20,000 nucleotides of DNA from an uncultured virus (IMG/VR IMGVR_UViG_3300020447_000005) (IMGVR_UViG_3300020447_000005); one strand, 5' to 3'; shown: positions 1 to 8,741, numbered from the stretch's first letter. A program made the numbers and translations. Notes: generated by a model not told the origin, from the letters alone.

Positions 1-2715
1 ACGCCAAATTCCGGGCTATAGGTGCCAAAGTTCATAAGCCAACCTTGATCTGATTGACCACTCCCAGATAACTCCCCTAACTTCACCCACATCACAACAG
101 TAAATCCGTCGGTCAAATCTGAGTTATCTCTAGCTAAACTCGCGTAGTCATTTGTCCCGTCAAATTGTAAGCATCCGCCCTTTTCAATATCGAATGCTGG
201 TCCGTTAATTAGAGACGCCTCAACAGAGTCAATTACGTTAGTCCAGACTGTAGGATCTGCTACATCATAGGAGGCAGGATTGGCAACATCTAGCGATACG
301 ACCAACCCGCTTGTAACTGCTGGCGCTAGATATGCCAGATTAAACCTCGCCTTGTCACCAGCCCAAAGTTGACCGACTTCTGTGTCAGTTAGCGCCCGGT
401 CGTAAATTAGCACCGTAGCTATTTTACTTTCCAAAAATGCCCCCACCCACATTGGGGTGTTGTCTTCGTTAGTCAGGCATGAATAATATAGATTATCGAG
501 AGGGGCGGTATCCGTATCAAAACCAGTCGGAGGCGACGAATCCTTAAGATTATTCAAGAAGCCGTCAATCGTTCCATCATTCTGGTTAACGAAGGCTACC
601 ATGTGCCAATCGCCGATAATAAGCTTTAAATCAGACCATTCTTGAAAACCGGCTGGCCCATAACCATTACTCACGAGTTGGTCATAAGACGCAACGTGCC
701 CAAGGGTCAGACGTGTGCCCCCGGCATTCCCAGTGGTCTGTACATAAGCATAACTTTCACCAGTCGGAGCGCGCTCTAGTGGCTTGTACCAAAAGACCAT
801 AGTCCACCCTGAATCTAAATCAGAGTTGTCCCTGGGGAAATTGGCGTAGTCGCTAACCCCATCAAACGAAATGCAGCCTATACTTTCAAAATCAAATGCT
901 GCTCCGTCTACCAATGATGCGTCAGTGTCATCAATTGTATTAGTCCAAACTGTCGGCGCACTTGAGTCATAACTATCGGAATTCGCTGGATCTAGCAGTA
1001 CGACCAAACCGCTTGTAACTGCTGGCGACTCATAACATGCGACCTGTATTAGTTCAAAGTTAGCCTTACTCTCGCCGTAAACAGTTCCTGGCTGGCCACC
1101 CTGAGCGGAGACAGAAGTAATCCTGATCTTGTAATCTGTTGCGCTGGTAATGTCACACGACACATCCCAACTATAAGTACCAGTGTTTGATTCACTGGAT
1201 GAAAGTGTTGTGTCTAAACTGCTGCCCTTGTACAGCTCAATCTTTACATTACCAACTATACTAATACTGGTCCAAGTAATATCCTGTGTGGTACCCACAG
1301 TGAAGGCTTCACCACCAGCAGGATTTGTGATCGTGAAAGAAGGCAAACGACCAAACCGTTCCTGGCCTGCTTCCCAAAGTGAGGTAACTTCCGCATCAGT
1401 TATCGACCGATCGTAGACTAGCGTTTGTGCAATCTTACACATATGCTCGAGCGACCCACCACCTAACGATGCTAGATACATGTCATCGTTTGGAGCCGTA
1501 TCTACGTGGAAGACCCCCGGAGGACCAGTGTCTTTAACCCCGTCAACAAACAGATCAATCGTTCCATCATTTTGATTGACGAACGTGAGAAAACACCAAG
1601 TTTGATTGTCAACGGAAGAATTAGTACTCCAAAGAGAATTTGCAGAACCAAACCCCCAGGCCTTAAACTGCCCGTTCTGCTGGTGTGCTAGGTTCAAGTC
1701 ATTCCCCGTATACGCAGCCGTCCCGTCACCAAACGCGAAAAAATAAGCGGTCGCTACAGGAAGAGACTTAGTGTAATACCAGAGACTAATCGTGAACCCG
1801 CTATCTAAATCTGAGTTATCACGAACAATCTTAAAATAGTCGTCCGTCCCGTCGAAAGATATGTTTCCTGCCTTTTCAATATCGAATGCTGGTCCGTTCT
1901 CTAGATCTCCCTCAACAGAGTCAATTGTATTAGTCCAAACTGTAGGATCTGCTACGTCATAGGAAGCAGAATTAGCAGCGTCCAACAATACCACCAATCC
2001 GCTCGTAACTGCTGGCGCTTCATATGCCAGATTAAACCTTGCCTTATCGCCAGCCCAAAGTTGGCCAATTTCTGTGTCAGTTAGCGCCCGGTCGTAAACT
2101 AGTGATTGCGCAACCGTAACTTCAATATTGTACCCCGGCCCATAATAAGTACCTAAACCCACAAGCCGGAAATCATCAGGAGGGGCAGTATCAATATCGA
2201 AATCACTGGGCGGGCTAGTGGCCTTGATATTATTCACAAAGCCATCCATTACTCCATCATTTTGGTTCACCCACGCAATCATGCTCCAGTCATTTAAGTA
2301 TGTATACTGTCCGCCTGTGTAGGTTGAATAACCTGAAGTTCCAAACCCGTATGCCATCAACTTATTGTTACTGATAATCCAACCAAGCTGAAAATCGTGG
2401 CCAAAATTAAACATATTTCCGTAACTGTTATTGCCTGTTACTATCTCCTGTGGTCGAACCCAGTACACGACAGTAAAGCCCGAATCCAAATCAGAATTGT
2501 CACGAACCAGTTTATATGAGTCGTCAACCCCGTCGAATTGTAGTGACCCCCCGCCAGCAGTATCAAATATAGCTCCTCCGGCAGTCGTACCATCAAGCAG
2601 TTCCCCATCAACATCGTCGATGGCATTTGTCCAAACTGTCGGCGCACTTGAATCGTAAGAGTCTGGGTCCGCAGCGTCTATCTGAACGACAAGACCACTT
2701 GTGACTGCCGGAGGA
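1..2715 (-). repeat. Four LamG/concanavalin A-like domain repeats (~2030-2715, ~1350-2020, ~340-1035, <1-330) with one Ig-like unit between the second and third
   Basis: Each begins PAVTSGLVV and contains FDGxxD and RDNSDL; the three complete copies also have VNQNDG and YDR(A/S)(L/I)TDxE. DNA tracts recur at offsets of 1686-1692 nt. Confidence 0.88.
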
Positions 2716-5243
2716 CTATACGATCCACCCGCTGTTACGGTAAAGGTCGCGTCACTCTCATCGTAAACACTGGTATCTACTAACGAAGTAATCCTGACCT
2801 TATAGTCTGTTCCGGCTGCAAGAGAAGATGATATGGCCCAACTGTAACTATTATTGTTTGCTGTGTCAGACGTAAGTGTTGAATCCAGACTGCTGTCTTT
2901 GTAGAGTTCTATCTTAACGTTGCCGGTTACGTTAATACTGCTCCAAGTAATACTCTGCGTGGTACCCGTAGTCCAATCTTCACCACCGTCAGGAGCCGTA
3001 ACTGTGATAGAAGCCGGTTCAGATACAGTAAAGTTAGCGTCACTTTCATCGTAAACACTGTTGTCATCGATTGACTCAATCCTGATCTTGTAATCTGTTC
3101 CGGCTGCAAGAGAAGATGATATGGCCCAACTAAAAATGTTATCATTGGCCGTAGCGTTTGAAAGTGTTGAATCATAACTACCGCCTTTGTACACATATAT
3201 CCTTAAAGCTCCGGTTACGTTAACACTTGTCCAAGTAATGTTATGTGTAGTACCCGCAGCCCAATCTTCGCCGCCGTCTGGACTTGTGACCGTGATGGAA
3301 GCTGGTTCAGTTAAAGTAAAATTAGCGTCGCTCTCATCGTAGACAGTTCCGTCCGCTAGCGAAGTAATCCTAATCTTGTAGTCTGTCGCGCCTGCTAAAC
3401 CTGACGCTATAGCCCAGCTGTAAGTGCCGGTGTTTGCTGTATCGGACGTAAGTGTGAAATCTAAACTTCCACCCTTATACAACTGTATTTTTACATTTCC
3501 AGTCAAGTTGACACTACTCCAAGTAATACTCTGTGTAGTACCCGTAGTCCAATCTTCACCACCGTCAGGACTTGTGACTGTGATGGTGGAAGGCTCAGAT
3601 AAAGTAAAGGCTATATTACTTTCATCAGAAACACTAGCATCTGCTAAAGATGTAATTCTAATCTTGTAATCTGCTCCAGCGGTCAGCCCAGACGATATAG
3701 CCCAGCTGTAGCTATCGTCGTTTGCTGTGTCAGACGTAAGTGTTGAGTCTAAACTACCGCCTTTATACAACTCGATTTTTACGTTGCCAGTTACGTTAGT
3801 GCTGCTCCAAGTAATACTCTGTGTGGTACCCGTAGTCCAATCTTCACCACCATTAGGAGCCGCAACGGTAATAGACGGTTGAAAACCTAAAGTAAAGTTA
3901 GCGTCACTTTCATCATAAACACGTTCATCCTCCAAACAAGTAATCCTGATCTTATAGTCTGCGGCGGATTCCAACCCCATACCTATAGACCAGAGATAAC
4001 TGCCGTCATTTCCTTCGCCAGCGTCAATTACGGAATACAAACTGCCAGCCTTATACAACTCGATTTTTACATTTCCAGCCGGTTCTATGTTTTTGCTACT
4101 CCAGGTAACCCAATGGGAGGAACCCTTATACCAATTTTCGCTGCCGTTAGGGCTCGTGACCGTGATGGAAGGCTCAGGAGTCGGTTCGGCTTGACCAGTA
4201 ACTAAGCGAGAGGGATTATAAGACACTAATCCGGCGGGACTCCGCACAATCTTGCCCATTCCGCCCACAACTCGGACCAGAAACGCGTATGCCCCAACGT
4301 TATAGTTAGCACCCTGCGGTATATCCGTTCCAACAATGTCTGAGGTGACGGCTGCAATAGCTAACCCAGTACTCCTTGCCAGAGAGTCAGCTGGAAGCCG
4401 GAAGTCTCCATTGGGTGCGTCAGCCCAAATATCTGCTTCAGCAACATTGATTTGGTTTCCTGTGCCACCATCATCGTCAGCCGTGGCGTCGGTTGATATG
4501 TTGTTTCCAACCGTGATCGAATCCCCACCGCCAATCAAAAAATCAGTCGACCCGCTTTCGCCCGCCACAATATTTTGCGCCACCAGCGTATCGACTTGAC
4601 TGCCCCACGTAAAACTCGCGTGTAATCCTCTAGTGGTCATCCCGTAGATCGTGCAGTTGCGGACAGTATAGTTACTATCAGGTGAATATGAAGCAGACGA
4701 CAAATATATGCCGGTGGTGCCCCTCCAGATCACGCAATTCTCGAACGTCACATCTGTATCATCGGCTGAAGATGCGTTTGTTGAGAAATATACGTTCCCA
4801 GCGGTTGGCGTTACATGCGTTTTTTTTAACCACAGCCGTTTGAATTCAAGTTTCATGCTGCTCGCAGCACCGCCATGCAAAATGCAGCCTTTATTGTTCT
4901 TGCTGGTGAGACACAGAATCCCCTCGAATGTGAAATAATCAGCCCGATAACCGTATATCTTGATATTTTCGGTGGTTGTTACTGAACTGTAAGCACCACT
5001 AGTCGTGGACCACGAACCGTTGTGTTCATGACCCGGCGCAGCGTAGATTTTTATCCGTCCCGCTTCGGACGACGGTTCCTCGGCCCACGCGCCTTTGGAG
5101 AATAAACCCAAGTTTGTCCCGCTATAGCACACCGCGTGCCACGGGTCGGCGTTGGTGGATGAAATTGCCGCCCCGTTTTCAAACCCCTCTAGGTCTGTGT
5201 AGTCGCCACCATCCGCTTTAATGTGTTTTAACTGAATCGTCAT
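1..5243 (-). CDS. Giant repeat-rich protein (>=1747 aa, 3' end outside the window): beta-helix/pectate-lyase-like N-terminal domain, 5 tandem Ig-like (Kre9/Knh1 N-terminal-like) repeats, LamG, LamG, Ig-like, LamG, partial LamG; probable virion fibre/adhesin
   Basis: Translated by hand from the ATG at 5243 (ATGA overlap with the upstream gene's stop): MTIQLKHIKADGGDYTDLEGFE...FENCVIWRGTTGIY...VRNCTIYG...GDFRLPADSLARSTG...YNVGAYAF, then SITVTSPxGGEDWxxGTTQSITW...GNVKIELYKGG...YSW...DYKIRITS...DESDANFT repeats, then PAVTSGLVVxxDxAxxxSY...VWTN...FDGxDDY...YDRALTDTE repeats. The frame is the same at every checkpoint (5243, 2711, 2015, 1025, 323, 5) and I found no stop. It is absent from the ORF track presumably because it has no stop within the window. 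Confidence 0.93.
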   Translation of the reverse strand, partial: MTIQLKHIKADGGDYTDLEGFENGAAISSTNADPWHAVCYSGTNLGLFSKGAWAEEPSSEAGRIKIYAAPGHEHNGSWSTTSGAYSSVTTTENIKIYGYRADYFTFEGILCLTSKNNKGCILHGGAASSMKLEFKRLWLKKTHVTPTAGNVYFSTNASSADDTDVTFENCVIWRGTTGIYLSSASYSPDSNYTVRNCTIYGMTTRGLHASFTWGSQVDTLVAQNIVAGESGSTDFLIGGGDSITVGNNISTDATADDDGGTGNQINVAEADIWADAPNGDFRLPADSLARSTGLAIAAVTSDIVGTDIPQGANYNVGAYAFLVRVVGGMGKIVRSPAGLVSYNPSRLVTGQAEPTPEPSITVTSPNGSENWYKGSSHWVTWSSKNIEPAGNVKIELYKAGSLYSVIDAGEGNDGSYLWSIGMGLESAADYKIRITCLEDERVYDESDANFTLGFQPSITVAAPNGGEDWTTGTTQSITWSSTNVTGNVKIELYKGGSLDSTLTSDTANDDSYSWAISSGLTAGADYKIRITSLADASVSDESNIAFTLSEPSTITVTSPDGGEDWTTGTTQSITWSSVNLTGNVKIQLYKGGSLDFTLTSDTANTGTYSWAIASGLAGATDYKIRITSLADGTVYDESDANFTLTEPASITVTSPDGGEDWAAGTTHNITWTSVNVTGALRIYVYKGGSYDSTLSNATANDNIFSWAISSSLAAGTDYKIRIESIDDNSVYDESDANFTVSEPASITVTAPDGGEDWTTGTTQSITWSSINVTGNVKIELYKDSSLDSTLTSDTANNNSYSWAISSSLAAGTDYKVRITSLVDTSVYDESDATFTVTAGGSYSPPAVTSGLVVQIDAADPDSYDSSAPTVWTNAIDDVDGELLDGTTAGGAIFDTAGGGSLQFDGVDDSYKLVRDNSDLDSGFTVVYWVRPQEIVTGNNSYGNMFNFGHDFQLGWIISNNKLMAYGFGTSGYSTYTGGQYTYLNDWSMIAWVNQNDGVMDGFVNNIKATSPPSDFDIDTAPPDDFRLVGLGTYYGPGYNIEVTVAQSLVYDRALTDTEIGQLWAGDKARFNLAYEAPAVTSGLVVLLDAANSASYDVADPTVWTNTIDSVEGDLENGPAFDIEKAGNISFDGTDDYFKIVRDNSDLDSGFTISLWYYTKSLPVATAYFFAFGDGTAAYTGNDLNLAHQQNGQFKAWGFGSANSLWSTNSSVDNQTWCFLTFVNQNDGTIDLFVDGVKDTGPPGVFHVDTAPNDDMYLASLGGGSLEHMCKIAQTLVYDRSITDAEVTSLWEAGQERFGRLPSFTITNPAGGEAFTVGTTQDITWTSISIVGNVKIELYKGSSLDTTLSSSESNTGTYSWDVSCDITSATDYKIRITSVSAQGGQPGTVYGESKANFELIQVACYESPAVTSGLVVLLDPANSDSYDSSAPTVWTNTIDDTDASLVDGAAFDFESIGCISFDGVSDYANFPRDNSDLDSGWTMVFWYKPLERAPTGESYAYVQTTGNAGGTRLTLGHVASYDQLVSNGYGPAGFQEWSDLKLIIGDWHMVAFVNQNDGTIDGFLNNLKDSSPPTGFDTDTAPLDNLYYSCLTNEDNTPMWVGAFLESKIATVLIYDRALTDTEVGQLWAGDKARFNLAYLAPAVTSGLVVSLDVANPASYDVADPTVWTNVIDSVEASLINGPAFDIEKGGCLQFDGTNDYASLARDNSDLTDGFTVVMWVKLGELSGSGQSDQGWLMNFGTYSPEFG
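2735..4170 (-). repeat. Five tandem Ig-like domain repeats, period 288 nt (96 aa; first interval 294 nt)
   Basis: The equivalent ITV-encoding word lies at 4162, 3868, 3580, 3292 and 3004, with long shared DNA tracts (e.g. GTAGTCCAATCTTCACCACC). A sixth, more diverged copy is at ~1050-1345. Confidence 0.9.
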
Positions 5244-5680
5244 CGGGGTGTCTCCCGCAAGTCCGCTTTCAATTTCACGATACCGCCTGCTCGCAGGACA
5301 TCAGTTTTCTTGTTGATGTCCAGCGTGTCGAAGCGTTCGGCACGGTCCAGATCGTTTACGTCTAACTGCATTGTTGACCTCTCGATCATGGCTTCGTGAC
5401 CGTTCTCGTCTGGCGGTCCCATCACAGCAAACGGACGCGACCGCATCGGGAACGGTTCACCAGCATCACGTTCGGCCATCATCTCATCGTGTATCGCCAC
5501 AATTGTCTCTGCGAACGGCAGGGAATAATCGTCTGAATTAATTTCAACAATTCTGTCTTCGGTCATAGTAGTGTCAGACCATGGACCGCCGGGTAGCTTA
5601 ACCGACAAGACATCGTTTGCTTTGCGCAAACCAAGCTCGCCCCTTAACTGTAGTGCGATATGTGCTTCGATTATCGCCAT
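5240..5680 (-). CDS. Hypothetical protein (~146 aa), translationally coupled to the giant fibre-like gene
   Basis: The ORF track gives 5240..5719. The ATG at 5680 preceded by GAGGGAATAGGT is the more likely start. The stop overlaps the next ATG (ATGA). Confidence 0.75.
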   Translation of the reverse strand: MAIIEAHIALQLRGELGLRKANDVLSVKLPGGPWSDTTMTEDRIVEINSDDYSLPFAETIVAIHDEMMAERDAGEPFPMRSRPFAVMGPPDENGHEAMIERSTMQLDVNDLDRAERFDTLDINKKTDVLRAGGIVKLKADLRETPR

Positions 5681-5734
5681 ACCTATTCCCTCACTGTAAA
5701 ATAAACCACTTTGCCCCAACCATTCTACACAGAA

Positions 5735-5884
5735 CTATTCTTTTCGTATAACGCAATTAGTGACCACCACAACTACGGGAACTAAGACCACAGTATTCGA
5801 TTCAGACTCTCCGAACGCCTCTTTCAGCGCTTCACCAGACTTTACTATCGCTGCATGAATCTGCTCCTTCAGCTCTTCCTCCAT
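5735..5884 (-). CDS. Small hypothetical protein, 49 aa (MEEELKEQIHAAIVKSGEALKEAFGESESNTVVLVPVVVVVTNCVIRKE)
   Basis: Not in the ORF track (too short). A strong SD (AGGAGA) overlaps the upstream stop, and the ORF fills the gap between co-oriented genes. Confidence 0.65.
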   Translation of the reverse strand: MEEELKEQIHAAIVKSGEALKEAFGESESNTVVLVPVVVVVTNCVIRKE

Positions 5885-5893
5885 TATTATCTC

Positions 5894-6217
5894 CTAGCCA
5901 AAAAATAAATAGTAAAGAAGCCAAAGCTGAAAAGCCGCTACCCCTCCCACTGCCATAACACCAACTCTCGGGTTACGGCGATAGACTATGCGACCAATTA
6001 CCACCACCAAAAACGTTGAAACAACTTTGACCCCACAAAGAAACGCTACACCACTTGCTGTTATCGAGTTACCCACTTCGACAACGTAAGCAGCTATGGG
6101 GTTTTCTTCGTGCTCTAAAAGTATTTCCTCCAGCGAAATAGACCAAAAAATGTCTACTGCCGCTACCAGAACAATGAGCACTAAACAACAATCAACGAAC
6201 AATCTAGCTACTGCCAT
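5894..6217 (-). CDS. Small membrane protein (~107 aa, about 3 TM segments), DUF5658-like
   Basis: Three hydrophobic stretches and a D...EENP...K pattern resembling DUF5658 proteins as I recall them. ATG at 6217 lies 5 nt after AAGGAGG. Confidence 0.7.
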   Translation of the reverse strand: MAVARLFVDCCLVLIVLVAAVDIFWSISLEEILLEHEENPIAAYVVEVGNSITASGVAFLCGVKVVSTFLVVVIGRIVYRRNPRVGVMAVGGVAAFQLWLLYYLFFG

Positions 6218-6220
6218 ACG

Positions 6221-6232
6221 GCCCTCCTTGGC
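6221..6232 (-). promoter_or_regulatory. SD-containing hairpin GCC-AAGGAG-GGC (CsrA/RsmA-site-like), copy 1
   Basis: Identical 12-mer at 12974-12985 and a one-mismatch copy at 9135-9146. Matches CANGGANG. Confidence 0.55.
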
Positions 6233-6298
6233 ACAAACAGGCATAAATTACGCGGGAATTGTTACTCGCACTGGCTACTCCCTCCTGCTATGTAAACT

Positions 6299-6316
6299 CT
6301 AAATAGTACTATTTAA
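6299..6316. promoter_or_regulatory. Palindromic site TAAATAGTACTATTTA (operator or phage-promoter candidate)
   Basis: Perfect 16-bp palindrome at 6300-6315 in an intergenic gap. The 18-mer is 17/18 identical to 18550-18567. Confidence 0.55.
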
Positions 6317-6326
6317 CCCGCAGCCA

Positions 6327-8699
6327 CTACTCTCCTAACTTGTCTAAAGCAAATTTCAGATTCGAAGATATCCTACCTTGCTCACTAACAGGCAACGCTT
6401 TATTAGCCAGCAGCGAAGAACATAAATCCTTACTTTCTGAATAATGGCCCACATAATAAGCACAAATCGATAACTCGTCTTGTATCCTCCACGTAGTTAT
6501 CGCAGTGTTAACAAACAAATTATCTTCGGCAGGGGCTGGTTTATCGATTAATGTCTTAGCCCACGCATATCCAGAATGGAACTTGTCGCTTTCTCGGCAC
6601 GCTTTAATTATTGCAAATGGAGCTTCAAATCGTTGGGGCCTGTACTCATAAGCTTCAATTAATAACCCAAACGGTACTTCACCTTTAACTACCCCGTAAC
6701 ATTCAGCTTTTCTCAAGAGAGATATATACACCTCTTCACCCCAGCCACCCGCTTTAACTCGCTTACTGAACCACTCTATAGCCTGAGAGTAGTCACCAAC
6801 CGTATGATAAGCCTGCGCTAAATAAAACATGTATCTTACATTATCTGGCTCTTCCTCAAGAGCTTTTCGCATCAACGCGATGTCTCTTTTCATTTTTGCT
6901 TCTGTACCGTCTTTGTTGCGGTCACCTGCAAAAGTTGGCTTAACACAATAATTCCCCTCAATCCGCTCATGTGTTACCGCTTCATCGCAAGTCGCGTACT
7001 CATGTAAAACACCCTCGTACCTCCAGTCCAAACTATTGTTAAACAACTGAGGACGCCACCAACCCTCCCCTCCCGATAAAGCACTGTTGTAAAACAAATT
7101 GTACATGTCCTTCGTTAAACGGTCAGGAAGAACTAAATCACCGCAAATTTCATCGTCTGCATCGATCACCCAAGTGTAATCCCCTTTACCTTTCGCAAGT
7201 TTACAGGCCTCAGTGCGATTCCACCCGAAATTCTTCCATGGCACATCGTGAATTTCGCCGGGGATACCGTGGCAATCAAAAAATTCTTTTATTACGTCCT
7301 GTGTATGATCTGTGGAACCCGTATCAACTATAACGTAATAATCTATGTACTTATAGATAGTGTTTAGAGAGGTATGAATACAATGCGCTTCATCTTTTAC
7401 AATCATGTTTAGTGTAATACTCTGGTTATCTGCTCCTTTTCGCTCGCTGATATTCTTTACGACATCAACCTCGCTGATATTCTTTACGACATCAACCTCG
7501 CTGATATTCTTTACGACATCAACCTTGTCTGCCTTGTCAGAGTATTTTGTTATGACCCCTAAAAGAAACGTACCATTCTCTCTCTCATCGTCGCCTTCAT
7601 GAAAATCTACCTCCATTAAAGTGCCGCCCCATTTTTTTGCGCACTGCCCAATGAGTTCAGACTCATTGCGATACCCTAATTCACCCGCAATAATAATAGT
7701 TCCTTCCCAGGCACTGTTAGAATAAATTCTTTTGACTAAAGGTTCGTGGTCCGCAGGGTTATTGGGCCAACAGTAATAAACTTCCGCCTCAGGCAGGTCG
7801 ATATCATCACTGAAGTAATTTCCGCTAACTACATCTAACCCTCGCTTCTCCGCGTGTTGTCTTCGCTCGCCCTTAACCTCCAATCCGATTACCTTCTTAG
7901 CAAACCGACTCATAAAAACCATGTTGTCGCCTTCGGCGCACCCTAATTCACAAACAAGCTTACCCTTTATAATCGGGGCTATTGCCTCAGAAACAGCCAT
8001 TGGTGATCTGTACGGGCATTTAGAGACTGGAGTCATATCCACTACAAAACGCTCCCTATATAAAGTATCATCTATAAGCTCCGAACAATCTCTATACTCG
8101 AGATCGCAAAAATCGGATACCTCTCGCAAAACCGACGAACAATCGTCTAATACACGGTTATACTTCACCATAAGCATTTCTCCTGCAACAAACTGCTTAT
8201 GAGACGCCTCGTAAAGCGTTCTTGCCACCTGCGGAGTTGCTCGTCGATGGGCTTTCACAAGAGACTGGGTACACTCCTCTATTGCACGACTAGCAAACAG
8301 GATACGCAAATCAAGCTGCATACGATCTGCAATCTCTCGCAGAAAATCAACGAAAAACGTCAACCGAGGATCCTTTATCAACATAAGACTGTCATTGACA
8401 AATTCTGTTTTCAACAAATTTTCATATAGCGTTAGCTGTGCTTCAGTGTATTGCCCTACTTCACGCACAGAAAAAGGACGAACTCCGTTGGCAGCTAAGA
8501 TGCGATTGTGAAACTTAGTAAAAGCGTCATTCTCCCAGTACCCACGAGGATTCTGCCAGTTTTTATCCTTATTCTTTGTGCGCCCTATAGAGCAACCTAA
8601 CCGCTCCAAGCACGAAGCTAAAAGCGACGTTCCACAACGATGCATACCAATGATAACAACCAACTTTTTCACACCAACAACCTGCAATTTTGCTGTCAA
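6327..8699 (-). CDS. Fusion protein: sulfotransferase + class I SAM-dependent methyltransferase + GT2 glycosyltransferase + TPR-like helical region
   Basis: IIGMHRCGTSLL (PAPS 5'-PSB loop), GYWEN and IKDPR; LVCELGCAEG (SAM motif I) and VIGLE; ITLNMIVKDE, IVDTGSTD, NFGWNRT, WVIDADD and YEGVLHE (GT2); RYMFYLAQAY...AIEWF (TPR-like). The start may be TTG 8699 or GTG 8672. Confidence 0.9.
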   Translation of the reverse strand: MTAKLQVVGVKKLVVIIGMHRCGTSLLASCLERLGCSIGRTKNKDKNWQNPRGYWENDAFTKFHNRILAANGVRPFSVREVGQYTEAQLTLYENLLKTEFVNDSLMLIKDPRLTFFVDFLREIADRMQLDLRILFASRAIEECTQSLVKAHRRATPQVARTLYEASHKQFVAGEMLMVKYNRVLDDCSSVLREVSDFCDLEYRDCSELIDDTLYRERFVVDMTPVSKCPYRSPMAVSEAIAPIIKGKLVCELGCAEGDNMVFMSRFAKKVIGLEVKGERRQHAEKRGLDVVSGNYFSDDIDLPEAEVYYCWPNNPADHEPLVKRIYSNSAWEGTIIIAGELGYRNESELIGQCAKKWGGTLMEVDFHEGDDERENGTFLLGVITKYSDKADKVDVVKNISEVDVVKNISEVDVVKNISERKGADNQSITLNMIVKDEAHCIHTSLNTIYKYIDYYVIVDTGSTDHTQDVIKEFFDCHGIPGEIHDVPWKNFGWNRTEACKLAKGKGDYTWVIDADDEICGDLVLPDRLTKDMYNLFYNSALSGGEGWWRPQLFNNSLDWRYEGVLHEYATCDEAVTHERIEGNYCVKPTFAGDRNKDGTEAKMKRDIALMRKALEEEPDNVRYMFYLAQAYHTVGDYSQAIEWFSKRVKAGGWGEEVYISLLRKAECYGVVKGEVPFGLLIEAYEYRPQRFEAPFAIIKACRESDKFHSGYAWAKTLIDKPAPAEDNLFVNTAITTWRIQDELSICAYYVGHYSESKDLCSSLLANKALPVSEQGRISSNLKFALDKLGE
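7443..7523. repeat. Perfect 27-bp tandem repeat x3 (CTCGCTGATATTCTTTACGACATCAAC), encoding (VDVVKNISE)3
   Basis: Units at 7443-7469, 7470-7496 and 7497-7523, in the linker between the methyltransferase and GT2 domains. Confidence 0.97.
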
Positions 8700-8704
8700 G
8701 CTAC

Positions 8705-8739
8705 AAAAAAAGAGCTGAGGACGTCTCCTCAGCTCTTTT
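8705..8739 (-). terminator. Intrinsic terminator, possibly bidirectional
   Basis: AAAAGAGCTGAGGA-cgtc-TCCTCAGCTCTTTT is a perfect 14-bp inverted repeat at 8708-8739, with U7 on the minus strand and TTTTATTT on the plus strand. Confidence 0.85.
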
Positions 8740-8741
8740 AT

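Noticed and set aside
181..2102. Near-identical tracts as a possible DGR template/variable repeat pair
   Set aside because: The differences are mostly third-position transitions in both directions, not adenine-specific. Both copies are coding and there is no reverse transcriptase in the window.
1183..4938. Short ORFs in the track (1183, 1506, 2431, 2441, 2927, 3424, 4336, 4708)
   Set aside because: They are antisense or out-of-frame shadows of the giant minus-strand gene.
7443..7523. 27-bp repeats as a CRISPR array
   Set aside because: The repeats are directly adjacent with no spacers and lie in frame within a gene.
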